The notes under the pieces were generated by a model. The model did no database searches. It saw only the letters and a list, made by a program, of their open reading frames with translations, and was not told where the DNA came from. Positions 11,001-23,656 of a stretch of 64,000 nt of DNA are shown here, piece after piece (the stretch's first letter is position 1; every line of letters starts with the position of its first letter). The translations under genes and the position numbers were made by a program. The DNA lies in NCBI GenBank assembly GCA_046563655.1, contig CM102284.1, positions 3,472,001-3,536,000 on the forward strand, read 5' to 3'. Origin of the DNA: Yuukianura sp. NJ FZ-2021. Lineage: Eukaryota.

Positions 11001-13659
11001 CAGGTTAATTATTGTAGGGTAAATGGACAAATAGTACAGGGAAAGTAGACTTTACGACTGCAGAACGAAATTAGTCGTCTGTCCTCCAGTCAAGTCAACT
11101 TACTTGTGACGAAGACCCTTGAGACGGAGTACGGTAAGTTGGCGACGACGGTGAGGAAATCGGTGACCCATACGTTGTATTCCCACCGCTAACTGTGGAG
11201 TAGGTATCAGACATGTCATCTCCATTTCCGCTGGGCTCTCGGCGAGAGGAGACGTGTAGTGGACGTTCCAAACTGTTATACAAACTAGGATTTTTACTTC
11301 CGGACAACGAACTTGTGGCACTTAAGTAGTCTAGGTCAGATTTGAGGTCATCTTCTGGTATAGGTGGTGGTGGTGCTGGTGGTGGGTGGTCATCAATCGT
11401 ATTTCTCATTCGAATTAGTTTTGGACGGGCTCCCTTATCGGCACTCATCTTTCTATGAAGGGCTCCTGGACTGTGGTCACTTTCATGCTCTGATTCTTCA
11501 ATTACCGAAAGGGCCTCTGAACCTCTGAGTAAACGGAACCTGAAATCACAAATAACCTTGACATTGACCAATTTTAAAACTGACCTAGTTACGTTCAAAA
11601 CACAAAATAAGCCTTGAATTTCAGTTTTTCAGTGTAACTAAATAAATTATAAATGTTCAGCTTACTTTTACTACCATAGCCTAATGCTACGAGTCCAACA
11701 TTTGGCTAATTACAGCACTTTAAATTTTAGATGAGCTCAGCTGACTTTGCCTATAAGATGTTAATTTCGCACTCACCCATCATCATCACACACAGTTTAA
11801 CACCGACAACCGTAAAAGATCACACAGGATTTCTACAGATTTATCACATTTCCAAAACCATTTACAACAAGAAGGAGGCTGTTTCTGGATGGGCGTGTAA
11901 ACTCACTCACACCACTAACACAAATCTCTAAAAGCTTGAAATTGAACAATAGACGGTAACAACTTAAGTACATTTAGACGATATCTAACGTGCAAAGTTG
12001 TACAACCTGAGCATTAGTAAACTGACCTGGTATCGTCAGTGCCCAAGTCATCGTCCATGTCATCATCTGGAAGGTCATGGAAAATGTCTTCAGTTCTGGT
12101 TATGAGATCTTCATCCATCATGGCGGCGGTGGTGGCAGTAGTTTGAGCAGTAGATTCCATTGTTCTGGGTTCCGTTTGAGTGGCAATCGTCACTCCAGTA
12201 GTTTTTTTGTACAAGCCACTCTGTTGTGTCTGTGTCTCCTTGAGCTCAAATAGTCCTGGACAGGATTTCGTTGTATCGAAGCTGGAAACTGAATTACTCT
12301 GGATAAAAACAGATTAGACAAAAAGATCAAAGCAATAAGTTCACATGAAAAAATACTTTGAGTTTCAGTTTCAGTTCGTTAATCCTTCAGAACATGGCAG
12401 CCAAGGTCCATACACCACACGCCACAATTCATCACTAATTGTGTCTAAAGTTCCAGAATCTAGAATTTTAACAATTCCTTCTGTTTTTCCTGTTGCTTCT
12501 AATTTATTTTGACAGTTCTATTTCGGACCAAGTCAAAGAGGAGGGTAGGTTCTGGATTTCTAAATTTGGACTAAAAAGAGACAAATAGGCAAGTATTCCT
12601 AAAAGGAGTCGTTGAAATTTTAACATTCCCAGCGTCAGTATTTAAGCAACTAAATGGTGGACTACGCCTCTTAAATTAGCTTAAATCACCATAAGCTTTT
12701 AGGCCAAAAAGATATGGATAAGGGATTTCAAAATTTTTGGCACGTTTATGGCACTGTTTTTAAGATTAGAAAAAAAACTTGTCAAATTGCAAATTTAATA
12801 GTTATTCTTCTGATTCTTCTTCGGATTTTTACCCCACAAACAAAACGCTTTTGAGCGTATTTTTTTTTAGTCAAGAAATGGTTTTCCACTTTTGTTTTAA
12901 AAAAAAGTTGTTAGTTTTTTCCAAAATTCAAAATTGGAAACTGACCATTGCCTGGATTTGCTCTTGTCCACGCCTCAGTTGTTCCCGAAACTCTGCAATT
13001 TCTTCTGAAATTCTTTGTACGAGCGGGTCGACCGACACAGTTGACCCCTTGACCTCCAAGGTCATTTGACTATTTCGATTGTCATTAGTTACGGAGCCAT
13101 CTTGGGATTGGTCAACCTCCACCGTGTAGGCGATTCCAGGAACTTCGTCACAACCGCCAGTCCTGTTGACATAAGAAAAGAGAAAGAACGCTTTCATTTA
13201 CTATGCTCCTGTCAACATTTCTTTTGCTCATAATATATTTACAGGCTTTTCCGGGCTAAGCTCTTGAATTTTAAAGTCAGTGTACTACAGTGTACGTGCT
13301 CTGTCACGAAAACAATTTGACGTGTAACAAGGATTGATTTCCGGAAGTTACAGACAGGGGATACGGTATCCGGTGCATAATGTTGTAAACTGCATAAGAT
13401 GTGTAAGTGGCACATGTGGGCACGGAGCTATTATTAGACAAGTTCCTTTGAATTTTCCGAACAGTTGAAGATCTTAAAGATGCCAGGAACTGATCCATGA
13501 GACATTGGAGCAAGAGTGGTGAAAGTCAGAAAGAAAAAGTACCAAGGCGTGGCGAGTGATGACAAATTGAATGGGTTGAACACTTTTTAAAATTTGACAT
13601 CTATAACTTAACCTGAAATCTTTACATTTTGCAAGATTCATGATGAATCCTGCATTCAT
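8037..13659 (-). CDS. Tail-anchored coiled-coil protein with C-terminal TM plus KASH-like PPPI; core resembles the LRMP/IRAG (Jaw1/MRVI1) domain; about 15 exons
   Basis: Approximate exons 13659-13613 (tentative first), 13162-12946, 12298-12027, 11539-11104, 10595-10458, 10384-10289, 10168-9893, 9824-9797, 9723-9583, 9510-9400, 9330-9212, 9117-9030, 8586-8534, 8434-8324, 8244-8037 have compatible phases. The last exon encodes FALLLMLFGVFLICRLTFIPTCDSAESLVTYSYDEPPPI*. Confidence 0.72.
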
Positions 13660-14610
13660 TCAAAATTATTGTAGTAAAGTGGACCGAATTCTCATACTTT
13701 TTGGAAAAGTGTAACATTTTTGTGAGTTTGACGGTGAAAAATTGTGACTTATGTAAATTTATTTTCTATGAAAATTTTATGTTTGATTTCAATCCTGCAC
13801 GCTATCGTGAAAATGTTAACCCGCGCTTACTTGAGGAATAAAGAAAGTGAAAGTTATCGATTTTGATGCTGCTTTTGTCTGCGTAAAAGAGCGGCTACTT
13901 TCTGTAGCGAATGCAGAAGATGTGAAAACTTTCTCTCGTATTTCTCATGCTCTGTTGCAGAAAAGTATTTGAAACTACTTGAATTACTTGAAATACATGA
14001 ATTACCTTTTAGAGGAAAAACAATTTCCCATTGTAAGCTGATGTAAGCTTCAAGGACGCGAGATGTTGTGAATTACAAATGGGAAAATGGCACTGACTTT
14101 TGTGAAGACATTCACCTTGACACCACCGGAACTTTGAGGGATCTTTCAAAGCGCAAGCGGCTGGAGAACTGAAACCGAAGGCTCCGAAAAGTCCGTTTTT
14201 TCTCGGTGTTGTTCTGGTGTAGAGTAGAATATTTGTGGATGCTGCTTAAATCTTCCTGGAATGCTCCCTGACACGCACAAGCGCAAACTTAGTAACCCAG
14301 CCGAATCATTGGGAAAACACCGCAGGACCACTTTCTCTTTCAAACTAAACAATTATTACACATAGTGGGGAAGGTCTTTGCGCACACTTTAACACAACAC
14401 TCAAGTTCGAGAGGCCAAACCTCACCACAAGATTTATTTGATTCATTACTTTTAATTTTGGCAAAAGAAAAATGGCTCTGGTACATTCGAAACATTTTAT
14501 TGCTAACTGCATGAAATACATGCAAATGACTTGTATAAATTTTAAAATAAATTACCACCTACACAATGCTCTATCTGGCAAAAGCTCAACATGAAATTGG
14601 TTAGCTTAGG

Positions 14611-17050
14611 TCAATCATCGTTTATGACATGGACGAAGTGCCCGTTGGGTGGAACCGGACTTGAACTTTCTACGTCATCAATATTGTCCGGCATATCCAT
14701 TGACCTTGTGTCAGGAAGTGTAAATCCTACTCCCGCTGCAGCAATTGCCACACACCCGAACAGTATGACTGGCAAATTGTCCATACCGGCGGTACTCTGC
14801 TCAAGGTCAAAGCAAAATGTTTGCATTAATTTTTAGACTATTCAACGAAAGTTTATGCAATGTTACCTTAATGTCAACAAAGTATGGAGCCACCATGGAT
14901 CCAAATCGACCAACGACAACTGCAGATCCAAGTCCGGTGGTTCGTATTGTCGTTGGATACAGTTCAGCTCCAAGGAGATAAATGATTGCAAATCCACAGG
15001 AAACAAAAAGCTTTCCGCACAAATTGAGCAGAATCCGCGTCGTTTGAAACTCTGTTGAAAATTTCACAGTCAAAATTTCCGAGCTTTATAGTTACAAATT
15101 TCGCAATTTCCATACCGAATGGCGTAAAGGCTAATCCAAACAGTGCTAATGCCGTTACGAAGAAAGATGTGATAATGACAAATTTTCTGCCGTATCTCGA
15201 TACAATCGGAACAGTAATTCCGCAATACGCTGGCACTTCCATCAGTCCGCTAAATTCACACCGAATTCGAATTATTCCAAGTTTAGAATTTATAAAACAC
15301 ATTTTGAAATTGGATTTTTTGAATGCAAACCTTAGAAAAAACAGAACATAGGGATTCCGAGGCATTCTGACGGACAGAAAAGACAAACCGTAGTAGATGA
15401 CAGTTACTGAGAAATATAGCGTCCAAAGTGCCAGACTGCGATTGCGCAACTTTGCGGTTTTGAGCAATGAGTAAACGTTTGTCAGCGGAGCTTGAATGGA
15501 TTTCCAAATGCTAAATTCCGTTTGTACAAAGTGTTTTTCACGACACCCTTCCAGAATTATGCGTAGTTGACCGACGTTTGGCTTCTCCCGACTATTCACC
15601 CGTGCAACATCTTCTAGCAGCTTAATGGCATCATCCGTTTTTCCACGGGAAGCTAACCACCGACATGATTCTGGTAAAATCCTGTGAAACAAAAGAAATG
15701 TGAAAGGTCAAAGGTCAAGGCATTGCACCAACATAGACTTACCAGACGTATGAGAGTAGACTTAGCGCTGAAAGTGTGAATGCTAGTTGTAGATGAGCCC
15801 AGTCACGAAAAAAGTACGCCAGTACTGGAATTAGCATCGATCCAATTGCAAATGGCAACTGCTCAACCACACCTAAAAGTGCTCGACAAGAAGGCCCCGT
15901 GTATTCTAGTACTAAAATGGAAAAAGTTGACAAAAAATGTTGAATGAGGAGAATTTTTACTTTGGATTCTTTTTAACATAAAAGTAACTTACGTAAAACG
16001 TAGCAACTTTGAAACGATCCTGCAACTCCGACGGCTAGTAGAAACCGAAACGTCACAAAAACTGAATACGTTGGAGCAAACGCCGCAGCAAGACCAGCCA
16101 GAACCACAATCGCAATAGCAGCCAACGTGATTCGTCGTCGACCAAACACCCTGCATCAAAAAGTAAACCAAATTTCAACATGTGTATTTGAAAAATTGCT
16201 TAGACTGTTTAAATTTTTAAACCTGTCAGATAAGCTGGAAAGAATCAGCGATCCAACCAAGACTCCACCCATATACGACGCTTGAATTGTAGCAACCAAA
16301 GGGCGTCGCTCACAAACCAAGTCAAACTACAATTAAATCAGTTTTAGGTGATTGACCTTCGCCTGACTTCTAATTAGTTTAGTCTGACTGACCTTGGATA
16401 CAACAGTGGACTGGTAAATGGAAGTGTCGTAAGTCCATTTGTCACATTTAGCAACGCCATCGATATGTTTTTGGTCTTCTGCGCTCTTCCAAGCGTCTTC
16501 AAAGTCTGGATGCAATTCTAAAAGTTTTGTGTAATTCAAGTCGTAGTAGTAACATTCGTTCCATTCTGATTCTCCAGCTTCATTGGAAATTCTGGAAACA
16601 AAAGTTCGAAATGTTTTTCCAGATGCACTGAGGACTTTAGATTTCGACTCACAAATTTACTGGAATCGAAATATTTCGAATTTGTTCTGCCGTCCAGCCG
16701 GAATTGCCCAACTCATCAATGGCACACCAGTGCTTAGGTACGGCTCCCAGGAAGACAAAACCGAGATGGTGAAAGGTCAAGACCATCATCTAGGAGTCAA
16801 AATTTGTTGTATTTTAGTTATTATTTTATTATTTTAGTATATTATTTTATGTATTAGAGTATAATTTTAAACTGTTTAATTCTAACTAGTGGACCTGAAT
16901 GCTAACGATGGCCAGTAATCGCCATTGGTACAAACCGCGACCTCCGACATGCTGAAACACTGCGTCAAATCCTCTGCAAGTCGGAGATGCCGGTGGAGTT
17001 GAACATGAACTCATCGCTGCTCGTTTGAATTCGAAGCTACTTGAAGACAT
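14611..17050 (-). CDS. SLC22-family organic cation transporter-like MFS protein (Orct-like); multi-exon
   Basis: ATG at 17050 (MSSSS...FDAVFQHVGGRGLYQW), extracellular loop CDKWTYDTSIYQSTVVS, SDRVFGRR, PESCRWL, SRYGRK, AELYPTTIRTTGLG and terminal LPDTR motifs across GT-AG exons. Confidence 0.92.
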
Positions 17051-20000
17051 TTCAAAACAAATCCTAAGAATAAATGTAACTAAAGATACACTTCTCAGAT
17101 AACGAACACTACACGAGTTAATTAGTAGCTATAATTGAACTCGACTACTGAGGTCACTTGACAATGACCTTCAGAAGATCTCTTGTTAGGAATGGACAAT
17201 ACCAGTGAATATTTGCGTATTTACTTGTACAATGGTTTTTGAATTGACGGGAGTTACAACTGTGAATTCCAAATGACAATTAAAGATCCCAATGAATGTT
17301 TGGTAAATGCAGAGTCTCGTTTTCCTTCATGACGAGAAGGAAATGCTTGCGTCCGCTGTTTTACTATCGTTAGAATCATCTTACAGCATTTCTCAATCCG
17401 ATGATGACACATTAGGGTAGGGTAGTATTTAGGACTTCTTAGAACTTAGGACTTTAGGCTCTCTTGATAGTTCAGCAAAATCATAAAGTTTGTTTTAAAC
17501 ACAAAGTTGTTCTAGTATTTCTAACAGTTGAAGTGTCATTGCCATTGTCATTGTCACTCGCCGGCGCTGGTTCCGATCTCAAAGAAAGTTTGAAAATGAA
17601 GTTGGGAAACATTATAAAACATTTTCATAACTACTTTCATTGTTTGAATTTATTTCTTTCAACCCGAAGTTCCCGGAATTAATTTAGTGTCGCTTGACCT
17701 TGACCTGACATCGACATTTAAGACATTTTATGTCCTTCCTAGAACAAAATTGAAGCGTCATTTCATGTAGTACCATCTCTCGATGGCAGGAATATGTTTC
17801 GACAAACTTTTATATGGTTTGGCATCATACCGGGCGATGGCGCGTAGAAGTCAAATTTTGACTAGAAATGACGCTGGAAAAGTCAAAGAGAGGAACATGA
17901 AAGACGAGAGATCTGGGAGCAATTTAAAACTTCAGCAGGCATTTATCATCCCGAAGTTTATTAAATTTTGATGATATTATGTTAGATATGTGCTTTTTTG
18001 AAATAAAAAAGTTACAATAAAGTGGTAAAATTAATACATGCATAGTACATTCAGTGAATATTGCGATGCGGGAAAAAGTAACCTAAGATGGCCAAAACTT
18101 TCCAAAAGATTTAGTTGAAAGTGAAAAGAATCGGTTGGAGCTGTTGATGTGGTTGAATTAATGGAGTGTCTTGTTCCTCTGGTTGGAATAAATTGAAGTT
18201 GGACTTAATTGGAAGAAACAGAGTTAAGAAGTCTCATTTATTCTGGCGCTGTCTCCTTTCGTTTCTTCTGAATGTGAAAACAGATTTATGGCACTTTCCC
18301 ACCCCATAGTTACTCCCTCAAATGCTCCCTCTAAACCATCCACAAAAATAAAATCCATCATCAATTCCCTCTGAAACTGCTGTCACCCACCTTTCTCCTT
18401 TTCACTTTCATGTCTCTAAAGTCTATCAATTTTCTACGATTTTCAAAAACAAAAATCCCGACACATTTCGAAAAACTAAAATTTTGTCGTTTTTTAGCAC
18501 AAAATGTACGCGGAAACTCTTTTCCGGTTGTTTAGAAATGGTGAGAGGTGGCAATTTTTCAAATGGGAGAATGGCTTTCTCTTAAAATTTGAAATTCGAA
18601 CAAAAGAAAGTTACGGGAGACGTATTTGATGTAAACGACACCAGAGAGAGTCATAAAGTAGGGAAATAATGTTTCACACGTAGGTTCCGGAGTAGTCAAT
18701 TAAAGGTTGTATCGAGGGGCTTTTGGAGCCCAGAAGTGGAATATAAAATGGATGTAGAGTACTTGGAAGTTTTTTGTCCCTGCCTTGATGCTGGGGTGGT
18801 TATGACTCCTTTTCCCCATGAAAATAGTCGTAACTTAGACTCAAGTAGACTTTCACCGGCGCAGAAAGTGGAGAAAATTGGCTCATTTTTTAGCAGGCTT
18901 TACGTCCTCTCTCCTCTGCGTCACAAGTGACAATTTATATGCGTGTAATTTGATCCCTGGCCAATTCAATGGCTGAGACAGAACACGCTTTCCTGGAACG
19001 TTATTCTCCATTCTTTCAACCACGGAGAGGCAGTTAGTGAATAACTCAACGTTAAGGTTTGGGCAGGTCTAAGAGACATGGAGGAAAGCCTTCCTTGTCT
19101 CCACAGATTCACTTACGACAGCACAGACGACATCTCCCCAAGATTTATGGAGCACCACGCAAAATCCAACGGAGTAAATGGCTCTTTATCTCTTCTTTAG
19201 CATAGACCAGAGCGCACCAACTTTCACCAAATGGACTAATGCCACTTTCTCCAAAAAGAATTATTTTTTACAGTTCCAAGTTTACCGAGCTCAAACTGAT
19301 GAAGATTTTCTACAGCGAAGATCTTAATTTTACTGTTCAAAATTTTCTATAACTTTTGAATTTTATAGTGAAAGTTTCAATTTTTGCCCAATTTTTTCCC
19401 CATGAAATGTCCAAGCTGCAGGCGCTTACAAGTGATTAGCAGAATTTGTGATTAGCAGAATAAAGTGACTAGCAACCTAATTTAAGCTAATACATTTGGC
19501 ATAGTTTTAGCCTAACGTGAATTAATGTTAGGTTTACTTTAAGTTAATCTAAAACGTTACAAAATTAATGTGTTTGACTTTGCAATGTCTTTTGTTATAA
19601 TTTGAATGTGAAAAACGTGATGGAGGATCGTTAAGGAATTGGAATGTGGAATTAATCTGTTTGAAGTGTAATTGTGATCTAAATTCATTAGGTTTTTTTT
19701 GTCCATTCTTCTTCTTTGGATTTTAATTAAAACTGTTCTTCTTCACACCTCCCTTAAGTCAATTGAGGGAGATCACTTAAGATGTATGGCTTGACGGTTC
19801 GAGCCCTTGAGATTCTTCTGCTTCGGAGGGAGTAACTATATACGAGAGCGGAGTGAGAAAGCGACGGGATGAAGGAGAAAGCTCAAGATCCACTTCAATT
19901 TGCTCATCCACTTCCACACTAATTCCCATTTCCCACGCCTTTGCCAACGACTGAGTCATAAATTAGACTGGGACAGCACTGTTTTTACAAGAGACCACTT

Positions 20001-20478
20001 CAAGGGCCCCTCCCCCTTCAAACTCAAATTATGCAAGGATGAGGTACTACTTAAAGCAAAAAGCATGAACGTGATGAAGGACACTGCGACGTTTGTAGGG
20101 GCCCTTAACTGTATGTAGTAAGTGACCTTGTGGAAGATCATGGTCAGTTTTTCGAAGGTTGTTGCTGAGAATAGAATACAAAGGAATGACCAAGGCTAAA
20201 AATGTTATCAGCTAGGACAACAACAAGGAGGCAATGATCGCCCTTGGTCCCTTGACAGTTCAACTTCAAAACGAGATTTGGTTTGAACAAACTTGAAAAT
20301 ACCGGCAGACCTTCAAGGGCCACCGTCAGTTTGTTCAGGTATTTAAGGAACTGGCCACTGGAAACCAAAATTTAGAAGCTGTTTGCCTTAAGCGTCGTTG
20401 GGAGTAAGGACTCAGCAATAACAAAGTTAAATATTTCCTATTTCCATTAAGAGTTAACAAAAACAGGATTTTGTCACG

Positions 20479-22368
20479 ATGAAGGTAAGTATTTAACAAA
20501 AAATTAAGCCCGCATTGTATTCTGAGTTAACTTAAAAGTATTGGAAGCAATCCGTAGCAATTTTGAAAACCAAGAGAAAAAAAACGAAAAATTTCAACAT
20601 TCTTACAAGAAAGTTTCAGAAATTAATTTTTTCTTGACAGAACATGCTTTGCTTCCACTCAAACTTTATCTATTAATGGATCCGAGTTCCAAAAAAGAAA
20701 AGAAAGTTAAATTACAAAAATAAGTGTTTTGAATTACGGTTTAATTGATTTGAATTCAGCAAAACTTAAATTTTGTTTATGTAATTTTAGAGCTTCTTCC
20801 TGTTTTCCATCATACTTGTGTTGGCTATACGAGCAGGAGGCTATCACTCATCGTACGCTGCATCTGACTACGGATTGTATCGCTCACGTTACGCTGAACA
20901 ACCAGCGCCAACTCAGAACAACTCTGTCGAAGCGCCGAAACCCACGGAAGCTCAAAAAGAATACAAACAAAACATTGTGTCAATTGGGGACAAACCGATT
21001 GGAGAAAATACCACGAGCTCTGAAACCGGAAGCAACTATACCAACAGTTCTGGAAACGAAACCGGTTCGGATGTCGGTAAGGACACCATCACCTCCACCA
21101 ATGAAAATCAAGCTAACACGAATACCGATTCTGGAAAAAACAGTACAACATCGACAACAGTTTCAAAGTCCAGCGTTGAAAAGACTGTCAAAGTTGGGAA
21201 CGAAACTACAACTAAAAACGAAACAATTATCAAAACCGGTTCAGAATCGAAGAATTCCACCTCGGTTGCAGATGAAACAAAAGACGATTTTCAGATTGTA
21301 GATTCCGAAAGAGAAAGTAGAAAGCTTGAAGCTCCGCTCAAAACAGAAGAATCGACGCACCACATTCAGTTGGACAAAATTGAATCCAAATTAACAAATT
21401 CTACAGTGGATTACGAAGTTATCCGAGAAATGCTAGGAACTTTGGTGGGTCCAAGCAAAGCTGCCGAAATTTTACCAAAAACGGACGATGATGAGAAAAC
21501 TATGCTCCAGAAAACCAAGCGATCAGTTGATCCTGACAAACTGGTCAAACGCAAATTGGATGACTACGAACTCAAATTCCTTTTCAAAAGTTTAAAACAA
21601 GCCAGTAAGAAGGATTTGAAAAAATGGAAAAACAGGAGCAGACGCTCTGCATCAAACTATTTCATGAATAACGATTCTCCAAGGAGCCAACTTCCAGAAC
21701 TGATTGTTCCGCCGGGCGCAAGCTTCACCCAAGTTCCAGCAACGTCATCCGGCGGATCTTACTACGTACCGGCTGGAACTGCTGCCCAAGACAGTCCGGT
21801 ACGGTCTGAAACATTCCGGTACGCAGTGAGGACAGCTCCTTGCGACACTCCCACTGCCACTAGGTTCAGATCCAGTGCCGGAAGTTATGCCGCTTCGACT
21901 CCACCCGTCCGATCTTCATCAAAATACTTGACCGACCTAAGCGATTTACCAGTTTCCCGTGAATTTCGAGGAATCGCGACGCCAGAAGTTCGGGTTAAGA
22001 AAACCACTCCAACAGCGTTTCGAAAAGTTACGGTAATTGAGACATTCTTGGAACCAATGTCAGACGAATCTGAAACGCGGGATTTCCGAACCGGATACAA
22101 CACTCCGTCCGATGAAGTTCAAACTTTTGGAAGGTCATTGGCCGATTCCTATGTTGCTGAGAATGTCGCTGCTGGTTCCAGCGTGCCCATTTTGATGCCA
22201 AATGAAACGCCAATTCGAATATCTTTTGATGAAGGTGTCATCGGTAACACTCGACGGTACAGACGGTCTCCAGCGTCAATGCCCAAGGACATTTCAAAGC
22301 GTCGAGTGCCCATGGTCCTGTCCACGGTCAGCAGAAGCACTCGTAGCGGTCAAAACGGCCCGCTCTAA
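20479..22368 (+). CDS. Orphan secreted protein, about 527 aa, Ser/Thr/Asn-rich with several furin-type cleavage sites
   Basis: Two-codon first exon ATGAAG followed by GTAAGT (20479-20484), spliced to 20791-22368, gives signal peptide MKSFFLFSIILVLAIRAG and a long uninterrupted ORF. No recognisable domain. Confidence 0.8.
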
Positions 22369-22546
22369 TTAAATAGCATCTTTTACAAGTATTTCAGTAT
22401 AATCGATGGCAGGCTCATCTCTTTCATAAATAATTTTCAATTCAAACGTTTTTTAGAATCTGAAATATGTTTGTATTTCAAAAGAATGCCAAAATAAATC
22501 AAAACTGTCAATTTTTTGAAAACTGTATTTCCAAATTACGATCACA

Positions 22547-23656
22547 TTAGACGTAGTCTTTGAGAATAAGAAAAAATCCAAACGCTGCCACGGACCCATC
22601 AACTATTGCAAGCAAAAGGCAAAATGCTGCTATGGTTGAAAGGATTTTAACAAATTTCCTTGTTAGAACGGTGAAGCAACCCTGAAATCAAAATTGACAC
22701 TTCAAAAAAGAGGTATTCTCGGATTTTTTTTTGAGTAACTTAACCTGGGTATGTATAAAACGATCGGCCTTTGGATGGTCCGGTAAAAAATTCTGACCAC
22801 AGAACTTGTTTTCCAGTTTTTCCGAAACATTTCTGTAATAGTTTTTCACAAATCGCGTTGTGTTTAGGCAGCATGAGGGTGGAACACGCAGACTCGTCAC
22901 ACCGAATCGTAGTGTCTGCCAATCCTTGTAACTAAGAATTCCGCAGCACTTTTTCTGGATTCAAAATTTCAAAAGTTTGAATTTTGGAGAAACACTTTTT
23001 CATAAAATCAAATAAGCTCAAAATTTACTTGTGACTGGAGGTCTCGGACAAACCGAGTTTCGTTTTTATCCAATCTGAGTCGTTCCATTTCGCTCTGTAT
23101 AAGATCACGGATCCACATGATGGAACCATACCTGGACAAAATCGTGCTTCCAACCACTAGCATCACAATTGAAACGACGAAGATCATTGCTGTCAACTTA
23201 AGAAATTAGCAACAAGTTAGGCTAGATTGTATTAAGACTCACTCGCAGAAGTATTCCGCTGCGCAGCTACTTACGAGCATAACAATTGCCGGAGAGTGAC
23301 GCCTTTTGACGCTGTAGAATCCTAGACATGCAGCCAATGCTCTCACTACGACTGCGCCGTAGATCCAACGTTCCACATCTTTCGCCCTCTCGGAGTCATG
23401 CCCGTGGAGTTCTTCCGCGAGCGATGCCTGGAGTTTGCTGGTGTATAGAGTCATTCCCAACACTACGGTTAAAATTACCTGTTTTAAAAAAATCAGGAAT
23501 TTCAAACTTTTTTTAAAACTTGAAAATTTTTGAGCATTTAAAAATTCCAGATAGTACCAGGGTCGTTATATGAAATAGAACTATAAAAACTTGTATTCTG
23601 TGACTTAGGCGTCGGAAGCAGCCTTTCCTCTTATTCTTGCGATATTTGCTTCTCAT
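22547..23656 (-). CDS. Divergent tetraspanin; 5 exons
   Basis: Exons 23656-23558, 23478-23275, 23196-23029, 22954-22745, 22681-22547, all phase 0. Four hydrophobic segments; large loop with KKCCG, VPPSCC, FCG and QGC (6 Cys). Confidence 0.85.
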
